Of a DNA stretch of 64,000 nucleotides, positions 1 to 9,676 are shown piece after piece (positions within the stretch are counted from its first letter, which is position 1; each line of letters opens with the position of its first letter). The notes under the pieces were generated by a model. The model did not search any database. It was given only the letters and a program-made list of their open reading frames with translations, and was not told the origin of the DNA. Origin of the DNA: Vicugna vicugna (taxonomy: Eukaryota); contig MU062062.1 of assembly GCA_013265495.1 (NCBI GenBank), forward strand, positions 2,028,747 through 2,092,746, in the 5' to 3' direction. Position numbers and translations under genes: made by a program.

Positions 1-342
1 GCTTCGGCACGTTTGAGGGTGAAATGCGGCCTCTGTGGAGGCGGCGGGCTCACCAGGGTTGGAAGGCAGGAACCACGGTGGTTGTAATTCTGGCGGATCT
101 TTCACACGACCCGACAGCTACTTGGTGGTGGGAGGCGGGTCAGCAGCGCCCCAGGAAGAAGAGAGACATTGATCGCAGAGGCACGGGGTGAGGGGCTATG
201 ATGCTTTCAAAGGAGCCCCTGCTGACCTTTCATAAAACTGGCAGGCGTGCGGAGCTGGGGAGGCCCTGGGTCTGACCTGATTGTGAAGCCGCGGAGGGGG
301 CTAAGGACCATGATGACATCTGGTCACAGCTGGTCGTCATGG

Positions 343-430
343 CTGCCATCTGTGTACGTGTGTGTGTGTGTCTGGACATACATGCACACGTGTGTCTACA
401 CTGCCATCTGTGTGTGTGTGTTTGTGTGTG
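343..430. repeat. Degenerate (TG)n microsatellite
   Basis: Interrupted TG runs; CTGCCATCTGTGT occurs twice (about 343 and 401). Confidence 0.8.
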
Positions 431-984
431 CCAGCACCTTCCAAGCTTGGAGGAAGCGGCGCAGCTCCTGGCGTCTGTGTGACAGATCTGATGAGCTCCA
501 GGAGACCGTGGGGAGGGCGCCTTCTGCGCTCAGCGGGTGACTCCTCTGGGGGGTTACAGAGATGACCGATGCCCCAGTCGGGGTCCCCACAGGGCTCCTC
601 AGGGCACCTGGAGAGGGGCGCCCCCTCTGTCCTGCCCCGTCAGGACGCATGTGCCCGAAGGGCATACATGGTGACCTTCAGACACCAGAGCCCGGGCCCC
701 ACGGTGCCCACACTGACCCCTGGTCCCGCCCACCACCAGCCGAGGACCCCACGTGTGGGAGGCCCCAAGGAGAGGTGTCAGCTTGTGGAGGAGGACTGAC
801 GTCAGCACAGAGCCCCAAACCAGGACGCCCCCGACGTGTGTTACAGGGTGACCGAGTGCCTGTGACGTGTGCAGATGGGAAGTGTGAGCGCAGGCGCTGA
901 GGGCCCTCTGGCCCCGCAGGTTCTGGTGACACGCACTCTCGCCATCTGCCCGGCCCGCTGGCCCCGGGACCACCTCCTGTGAGT

Positions 985-1175
985 CGGCACCAGGGCGCAC
1001 TCGTGTCTCCCCGGTGGGGAGTGACCCGCCTGAGACGTGGGTGTCCCGACCCCCAGGACCTCGGAGTGGGACCATATTTAGAGACGGGGCCTTAAAGAGG
1101 AGGCGAAGGTAAAATGAGATCACGGCACCAGGGCGCACTCGTGTCTCCCCGGTGGGGAGTGACCCGCCTGAGACG
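985..1175. repeat. 53-bp direct duplication flanking an 85-bp copy of nearby MLT1 sequence
   Basis: 985-1037 is identical to 1123-1175; the intervening 1038-1122 matches 1625-1709 at 84/85 positions. Confidence 0.95.
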
Positions 1176-1589
1176 GGGTCAGACCTCTGCCTGGTAACAA
1201 GCCGAGCGGGCTGGCCCCGAATTTACAGCAGCTTCTTAAGCAGCCAGGGGAACGTGTTCACTTTCACTTTTCTTAAGAAACCAAACAGCGAAATTGCTCT
1301 GCTCGTAAAATCCAGTCCTGGGCCACTGCTTCGTGAGGGGTGAATTAATTAGCCTGCTTGTTAAGGGTTTACTGCCATTGATTCACGAGCTCCATCAGTA
1401 ACTTTAATTCACCCACAAAACTAGTGCAGCGTAGTGCCTTGTAAAGGGAGCGGGGAACCCGAGCTGCTGTGGAAATACGGCTTCCCCCTGTTTCCTCGTT
1501 TGGGTCTGTGTGTCTGTCAGTTCAGTGCGGTGCCTGTGCCTCCCGCGCCCCGGAGAACACCCCACTCACCTCCCTCCTCCCTCACGACA

Positions 1590-1910
1590 GGTGGGCTGAG
1601 TTGTGTCCCCACTGAATTCATACGTGGGTGTCCCGACCCCCAGGACCTCGGGGTGGGACCATATTTAGAGACGGGGCCTTAAAGAGGAGGCGAAGGTAAA
1701 ATGAGATCAAGTGGGTGGGCCTTGAGCCCACAGGGCTGGTGTCCTGTAGGAAAGGATCCGGACAGACTCAGAGGACACAGGAGCAGACGCCGTCCGCACC
1801 CAAAGGAGAGAGGCCTCAGGAGGAACCAGCCCTGCGGACCCCTGGCCTCCCACCGCCCTCTGCATCCAACCCCGCGCCCCTAGCGCTCTTCCGTGTAAGG
1901 CCGGGGAGTC
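1590..1910 (+). mobile_element. MLT1-type (ERVL-MaLR) solo LTR relic, MLT1A/B-like
   Basis: GGGCTGAGTTGTGTCCCC...ATTCATACGT...AAAATGAGATCA...GGTGGGCC...CTGGTGTCCT...GGAACCAGCCCTGC follows the recalled MLT1 consensus order. Boundaries approximate. Confidence 0.8.
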
Positions 1911-3554
1911 TCTCGTTCCCCCAGGACCCACTGTCCCTCCCGCTTGAACTCTCTAGTCCACGCTTGCCTCCCTGGACCGTGTCTGGGTTTCTGACCAAGA
2001 CACCCAGAGTCTGTACGTTGCTCATCAGGCCTTGCTGGGGTCACCAGACACCCCTGCATGGACAGTCTGGCCTCCCCGGCCCAGAAGCCCGAAGGTCCTC
2101 CAGGGCCTAGTTGAGCCGCTCTGCTTCCTTCCCGTCTGGTGTGCGTGGCAGGCCGTTCAGTCCTGTGCATTTGAAGCTTGAACAAAGTTGCATTAAGATG
2201 CCAGCATTCTTGGCTGATTTCTCAAGAATCCTTTGACCTCAAGCTCACCATCCCTGCCCCCCGACTCCCACCCCCGGCTGCCCTCTGACGGCCACCCCTC
2301 ACCAGACAGGCCACGCAGAGCCCACATCTGTGCCCCACCGCGCACTTCCAGACGGGCCTTCCTCCTAATTCGGGGGCTTCCCAAACCCAAGCCCGACCCC
2401 CAGGTCCACTGTTTGTTCCTGTGTCTGCTCCAGCCCTGCAGGGCAGCTGGGTGGGTGCAGTGGGCGGGATCGGGCCCACAATGAGAGCCTGCCATGGGCT
2501 TCCCAGGGCCCCAGCAGTCTCCGTCACCGATAGCGAGCGTGGATGTGCTCAGCTCTGGCCCTGGCCGCCCTGCCCCATCCTTGGGGCTGCCGAGCCCTCT
2601 GACGGGCCGTCCACAGGCCACCGCAGCCCGAGCCAGGCGCCCCGCTGCTCTGTCCTGTCTCTCACGTAAGAGGAGAGTAAGTCCAACGAAGCTCAGGGCT
2701 CCAGCCTCAGATGCAGCACCACTGGCCGTGGGGCTGGAGCTGGTCACCCCACACCCGTGCCCTGGCCCCGCAGCGGCTGGAGGGTGCGGGGGGCCAGCAG
2801 GCCAGTCCCGACTCCTGGCCCTGCAGCTTCTCAGAGAGGCCGCTCGCCCCCCTCGAGCTGAGGCACCTCCGCTCTGTTCACCTTCGGCAGGAGCGCGGCT
2901 CAGGTCCCAGCGGCTCTGCCACTTTGGATGTAAATGGGCCTTCTTCGGGGTGTCGTTTCCTGGACGTGGGGAGGGAAGCTCTGAGGAAGCCATCAGGAAG
3001 ACAAGCCCCCGGCCTGTGAGCATCTCCCTGGGGGTGCTTCCAGGGCCGCAGACAAGCCAGCAGCACAGGTTTAAGAAAAATGTAAAAACAGATGAGAAGT
3101 TGCACCCTCCAAAGTGCCCCGTGTTACGTGAGAGCGGCTCGGGGTGCTCACCGTGTCAGCGGGCAGGTGGCTTCCTCCTCTAGGGTGTGGACAGGCGTCG
3201 GGCAGATCCCCCAGGAAGAGGTCTGGGGACCTGTTCTCCTCAATGCACCTCCGTTGGGGCCATATGTGAAGTTGTTCTTGGAAACTCGGGTTGTTACACA
3301 TTAGTCAGCACTTACTTATTGGAATGCAGAAATAGAATTAATTCAGTTCCGTTAAACTGGGAGGAACCCAAACCTGTTTCATCTGGGAGGCGGGTTTTTC
3401 CCCCCAGATCTCCGTGGACCTCTGTTCTGAGTTATGCGTCCAGAATCATCATGTTACATTTTAAATCGTATGATCCAAGCAGCATTGGTCTCCGTCTTTG
3501 TCTCCAACATCACACGGCTACGTTTCCAGGGAGGGAGGTGACACTTCCCGACCT

Positions 3555-3576
3555 CCCCACCCCCACCCCCACCCCC
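3555..3576 (-). repeat. (CCCCCA)n tract; G-quadruplex-forming on the minus strand
   Basis: Four C4-5 runs separated by single A. Confidence 0.7.
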
Positions 3577-4215
3577 AGCTGAGCACCCCTGCCTTGGCCG
3601 TCGTGTCTGTCCTCCTGGTCCCCATCCATCCCCCCTTCACTGGCCCCAGCCTAATCTTTCCCCCCAGAGTCTCTCCTGTGGGGGTGACTGACTTTGTGCT
3701 CAGCCTTGGGACTGGATAAGCGTCGCAGCCGTCCACGTGTCAGAGGTGCTGAGTTTCCATCAGACAGTGGTCTTCAGGAGAAACAAGCTAACACGGAAAG
3801 TTTAGGATGGAGGCCGGTCGGAACGTGTGTTGAGCACCTGTCTCCCGCTCCTCCTTGCCTTTGTTCCTGTACCCCATGAGCCAGGAACCTCCCCCCAACC
3901 CCAGAGGTGGAGCAAGTGACAGTAGCGGCTGACCCGTCTGGGGAGGAGCTGGGGGAACATGCGTTTCCAACACTTCCCACCAAAGGATCAGTCTTCAAGG
4001 AAAGCCCAGCCTTAAATGTCTTCAGGGAGTGGTTCTCCCAGCGTCACAAATACAAACCAGACCTTACAAACAAATGGGTCAAACGGCTGCATCTGTAAGC
4101 CTGTGCGTCACCCTGGGGTTGGGAGGTCGGGCTAAGTCACACATGTGCGCCACACGCGATTGTACTGGGGTTTCCACACGCACAGTGAACCGTTCCTCCC
4201 CACGCCAAGTTCTCC

Positions 4216-4733
4216 TGTTGTGGAAAAATGTGTTACAGCTCAGGTTGTGACAGCAACCTGGATCTGGGCGAGAGACCAAGCAGCACTCGGGGAGTCAGAG
4301 AGCTCAGGTTTATTATGCCAGCGGGCCCAGAGGAGTTAACACTCCAAACTCTGGGCCCCGCTTGTAGGTTTACACAGGCTTTTATAGGCTGCCAGTTTAC
4401 ACTTTGCAACATCATATGCAAATAAAGTATAACAAAGGTTGACCAACTGGGAACAAGCTTTGAAGAAATAGACCAATCAGGAGTGAGGGAAATGGACCAA
4501 TCAGGAGTGAGCTCCATGCAAATAAAATACTATAAAAGGACCGATCAGAAATTAGGGAAATGGACCAATCAGGAGTGAGCTCAGGGAACCAGTAGAATTT
4601 TAGGGGTAAGTAAGCCCTTTCAGAGGCAAAAAAGTGAGCTGGAGCCTCTGGGCCAGGGAACCGTGTGGTGCCGGCAGGAGAGCAGTGGCCCTACCTGGGG
4701 GCCCTGCCGGTCTTTATGGGGCTTCCCACCTCA
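4216..4733 (-). mobile_element. Solo LTR, ERV1 (gammaretrovirus-like) class
   Basis: TG...CA termini; 4-bp TSD CTCC (4212-4215, 4734-4737); minus-strand TATA (CCTATAAAAG near 4380-4388) and AATAAA (4309-4314); repeated CCAAT boxes; homologous to 35222-35681. Confidence 0.9.
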
Positions 4734-5407
4734 CTCCGTGGAGAGCTAGTGATCTGAAGGAAGGAAAGAGTGATGAATGATGTCAGTTATTCTCAGTTTC
4801 TTTTTGATTTAAACGGTAGTTGCCAACGTCCCCAAGCAGAATGCAAACGTAGGGCTGAAAACACAACCCCCCGATTCTGCCGTTCTTTCAGAAAGTTGTT
4901 TACAAGAAAGTCTTCAGATTCTTAGCTTACAAAACTAGCAGCGCTTTTGTGCTTTAAAGAAAAACCTATTATTCTTAGAATATGATTTCTGTGTCTAGAG
5001 AACTCAGGTGAAATGATCAGATTCGTAGGCAATTAAACCCTTAACTGATTTGACGACGTGGCAAATGGATGAGTCTAATTCCTAGAAGGAGGCAGGTGCT
5101 GCGGTAAGAGCACTCACTCCCTGCGGCCTCCTCCCCAGCAGCTCATCAGAATGGAGGTTAGGGATAGAATTAGAAACTGGGAAGTAGACCGTGTGAGACC
5201 CTGGAGGCAGCCTCTGTCGGCCTCGTTTGGGGGTGCACGCGTCGGGAGCAGCCCCGCGCCCTTGGGGACTGGGAAGGCTTGCTCCCACGGCCCACTGCCT
5301 TCCATGGCTTACAAGCCAGGGCTTCAGCGATGGGCTGTGTGGAGAGCCCTGCGCGGGGGAGCAGGTGGGAGGTGTTAACTGTCACGGTCGGGGCGCAGAA
5401 GAGTCCC

Positions 5408-5540
5408 TCCCCCTCTTTCAGTCTCTCACTCTCTGTCTCTGTCTTTATCTCTCTGTGACTCTGTCTCTGTCCTTCTGTCTCCCTCTGTCTGTCTCCCTGT
5501 GTTTCTGTCTCTAGCGCTGTCTCTCTGTCCTCTGTCTTCT
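5408..5540. repeat. TC/TGTC low-complexity polypyrimidine tract
   Basis: Degenerate CTCTGT/CTGT repeats. Confidence 0.8.
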
Positions 5541-7574
5541 GAGTTCGTCGCTAAGAACATCTGGCATAACCTAGTGCGTTTGAGACTTCATTTCTCCCAA
5601 CGTCGGTTAAACTCTGGACACTTTAGCTCCCTAATGTCCATGATGGGAGGGGGAGAGACAGGGACACAGAGACAGAGAGATTCCAGGACAGAAGAGGAGT
5701 TTCCAGGCTTTGATCCTGGAGAGCGCTGCACCTCACACGGGCTTCTCCACGGGCCCCCGAGATCTCCCACCCCAGTCCCTGCATCTCCATCTGCTCCATT
5801 GATCACAAGGACAAAGCCAGGATTTCAACCTCTTTGTGCAGGTTGGTCCAAGAACAGCAGAGCTAAGGAAGCTCAGTACTTCTGTGACCGCTGTTCCTCC
5901 TCTGGGATGAGATTATCCTGCTGAAACCAAGGACGGCTGTGGCACGTGAGTGTAGCCGCTGGAAGCACCTACTGCTTGTTTTTAGAGTTGGGTTCTGTCA
6001 CGTGGGGCTCTCGCCCTCCATCCCTGCATGCCAGGCACCGGCTGTTTGGTTTCCTGGGGACTGACCGAGTCTGCGTCCCTTGCGCCCATGTAATTTGTTT
6101 TGGCAATCTTTATTTCCTTTCCCAAGTTGCTACTTCCAAGACCAGGTCCCACGAATTCCCACCGGCTCCCGCAGTAGCTGTGCACGTAGGAGGGAGGAGT
6201 AGCAGCAAATGCGGGCACAGCTTCGCAGTCGGTGGAGAGGTGCTGCAGGGAGACGCGGCGCATCCGCCCCGGAAGACCGCGGCCACGCACCTCGGCGATG
6301 TTCGCTTTCCAGCAGCAGATGGCTGATTCAGCTGAGGAGACAGACCCCAAACCGTTAGTTAGAACTGAAGGCACTCTGGGCTCGGCAGTCTGCGTCCTGA
6401 ACAGAAAGCGGAGCATCATATACTCTTTACTTTTGTGTATTTCTCTGTATAATAATAATTCTGATGCTTGGACGAAATAGGTGCCACTGGTGTGCGGCAA
6501 ATAGGATTCACGGTCAGCCTGGCTGAATCACGGAAGATGGAGAAAAACAAAGGCAGAGCCAGGCCGTCCCCCTCCCGGGACGGACTGCGCAGTGCGGCGG
6601 CCGGGCTGCGGCTCCCGCCCCGTGCTGTCTGGCGGCAGGCGTCTTCCACAAGTGCTCTGCGATGACTGCGGAGATCGTCCCATCTCCCTTCTCGCTTCCC
6701 CCATGTAGGCGCCTGAAATCCACTGAAGACGTTCCGAGGACGTGGCGGATGTGAGATGACAGAGGACCGGGGCGGGGAGGGGTGCGTGGAGAGAAGGGGT
6801 GGAGGGGGTCTGTCTCAGGCCACGTCTCACGTCAGTAGGCGAAGGGCGCCAAGCCTGTGCTGTGCACAGAGATCGTCTCTGCGAGGAGGTGAGTGGACAC
6901 CGGAAGAGGCTTGAGTGTCACGAGGCCGGAATGACTCACGCACTAGATCCAAAGACACGGACTGAGAAACGTGTGGGTGATGACGGGCAGACGGACCGGA
7001 GCCCCACGTGTCCTGGGAATGCTGTCGCTGGGGTCCGGCATCCGCAGGTTGGAAGGACACGCGGACACTTTCCAGATAAGAGGGCCGAGCCCGCAACCGG
7101 GAGGAGCCTGGGCCGCTGTCTGCAAGCAGGGCACGCGAGGGCGGGAGGAGGCCTGGCCCCTGAATTCTCTCAAAATTAGGTGATTAAGACCTTGGGTCCT
7201 TGGATGCTCCCTGCAGACCACTGGCCTGGGAAAAACAAAAAGATGGAAAGAAAAGGCCAACGATAACAGCGTTAAGATTCAGTGTTGCACCTGGGAAGGC
7301 TGAGTGCACGTTCTGCGCACAAGAAGCCCCTGTGCAAAGGCTGCACACTGTGTGGTTCCAACGCTGTGACGTCGGAAGAGGCACAGCTGTGGGGACAGTA
7401 GAAGGACCGGTAGAGGTGGGGGTTCAGGCGGGAGGGCTGCGTGGGGGGAGCACAGGGGCTTTTAGGCGGTGATACTGCTCTGTGTGACACTGCAGTGGTA
7501 GACACGTGTCATCGTGCGCTTGTCCAAACACGTAGAGGAAATTAAGTCTTAAAAAGATTGTGTCGCCCAGAGCT

Positions 7575-7640
7575 AGAGGAGAGCCCTCTCCCTCCCTCTC
7601 TGTCTCTGTCCATCTGTCTGTCTCTCTGTCTGTCTGTCCC
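7575..7640. repeat. TC/TGTC low-complexity tract
   Basis: Degenerate CTGT/CTCT repeats. Confidence 0.75.
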
Positions 7641-9655
7641 CACGTGTGCACACACGGGCAGGAGTCTGTTTGCTCCACAAAGCAGCCCAACAGTTTTGGT
7701 GATCCTTCATGCATTCAGCAAACTTCTGCTACCTCCATCTCACTGTTAAGTGGCCGCAGGGGGTTAAGAACTGATCAGGTCGGGCTACTTCCAGCGAAGG
7801 GCTCGCAAGCTGAGGCGGGAGGTCAGGCAGGTGTGTCTGTCCCCACAGCCGACAGGAGACCGTGCACAGAGGAGAGGTCACAAAGGACGGAATTCTCTCT
7901 GGCCAGGGGACCGGGGACACTCTGTGGAGGAGGTCCCTTGCTGTGCATCTGCCGTGTGCAGAGAGCAGCGCCGGTGTCAAGGCACCGCCTGGGTGTGCCC
8001 GCCTGCCTACCCGCAGTTGTCAGTCACGACACCAGGCTCTGGGGACAGAAAGGAGGGCGTTCCCTGTGAGGCTTTCTAGCACAGGGCCGAGCAAGGAGAG
8101 CAGGCAGCTCATGTTCCAAACCTCGAGGTCTCCGGGGGCCTGCAGGGAAGGGTGTTAAAGGCAGGTGAGGGAGGGGCGTGGGGCATGATCGGCTCGTGGG
8201 CTTTTCTGACAGCTGGTGGCGAGGTCACCGGGAGTCAACACAACCTACCTTCTGGCTCCGGTGGCCTGGGGTCTGCGTACTGTGGGCTGCATGCAGTTAA
8301 CTTCCCCGACCTGGTGGGGGTTCCAGGACTGGCAGAACGGCTCAGGGACACGGCTCAGGGTCTTATCTACAGCCCTTGATGAGGAACTAAAGGTCCTTGA
8401 CTTTGGTTTATGGCTGCACTAGGGTCATTTTGTCTTGATTGACTGTTTTTCTTTGGTTTGGTGTTCTTTTTAATTAAATTTGGGTTTTGGAACTCGGGGA
8501 AGGCCTGGGAGGTTGAAGCTGTTTTTGTAAGTGAGAGCTGAAGGGCACGGGCCCTGTTGGGTCTCACCAGCTGTCACCCATCACACACGTCCCCTCCAGC
8601 CCCCACGCTGGCGCCCGGGGCCCTCGAGGGGCGGCACCTCGTCCTAACGAGGAAGCTGAGGCAGCGACGGTTCCTGCCAGACCCGCTGTTACCTTCTATC
8701 CGTTGGTTTTCCCTGTTTTGGGCCCGTGACTTTTATCTCCTGCCTCAAGATGAAAGCATGGTCAGATCTGTAGAGAATGCTATGAGCTTTCTAGATTTCC
8801 TGAAACCATCCCTCCACACGGGCCCATCTCTGCCAAATCCGGCCCAGAATGTGCTGCGCGGCATCTACACCCGACGTCCCGGCTGGTCTAACCAAGGGCA
8901 CGTGTGTCCCCAGGAGTGGAGCCGCATCCTCGGTCTGGGCCCGCCCACCATGGGCAAACCTCACCTCCTCCCAATGTGAGGTGAGAGGAAGCGAGATTAA
9001 CCGAGGATGAGTCAAGGGTAACGTTCACTAAGTTACGAGGCGACCGGGGTCACTGTTCGTCGTGGGGGGGCCCGGGGAGTGGGCGCGGAGACTCCGTCCA
9101 CACCCGCGGGTGCAGCGGGGACGCGAGCCTGGATTCGAGGAGGGCGAGGCCAGAGGTAAGTGTGCAGTCAGTGGGGGGTGGGGGGCATGAGGACCTGCTG
9201 CGGGCTTGTGGCTGCTGGCTTTATGTGACACCGCCAGCAGGCTCTGCGGCCAGACTGCAGACTCTCCGTGCAGACCCGGACGAGTCTGTCTTGGAGCAGG
9301 CAGGCCCAGGGTGACTCCAAGGTCGGGTGTTTCCCACTGAGCCTGACGGGCAAGCCGAGTGGCCCCGGGCCCTGGACTGGAGGCCGGTGGTGCAGAGGGA
9401 GGGTGCCGGGACATTGGATTGAGATGCGGACTTGAGGCCGGGTGGAGGGGGGGGGGATTGGCACTGAGACTCAGCAGCTCAGAATTGCGGGTCCCCAGGA
9501 GGCACAGGTTTGGGGGATGGCTATGGGGCCTCACTGGTGGGGTGAGATGAAGGACAAGATTTATGGACGGGGGAAGTTCACAGAATTAAAGACCTGATTC
9601 TCATTTTCATGGATATGAAGGTCACCAGAAAGAAGGACAGGAGGGGAGGGCAAGA

Positions 9656-9676
9656 GGCGCTGTTCCCGGTGCTGAA
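9656..9676 (-). promoter_or_regulatory. Candidate RE1/NRSE (REST binding site)
   Basis: Minus strand TTCAGCACC-GG-GAACAGCGCC matches canonical TTCAGCACC-nn-GGACAGCGCC at 18 of 19 non-spacer positions with the canonical 2-bp spacer. Confidence 0.65.

Noticed and set aside
2193-3183. Long overlapping ORFs (276 aa minus, 229 aa plus) and similar ones at 9561, 10575, 14794, 24967, 36158, 43722, 53721 and 55965
   Set aside because: Pro/Gly/Arg/Ala-rich, on both strands, mostly non-ATG starts and no recognisable domain; expected from stop-codon scarcity in GC-rich DNA.
5982-6500. 172-aa minus-strand ORF with fairly ordinary composition over a CpG patch
   Set aside because: The annotated start is TTG and the first ATGs are at 6419/6416. 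I recognise no homologue or exon structure. A tBLASTn or PhyloCSF hit would be needed to revive it.
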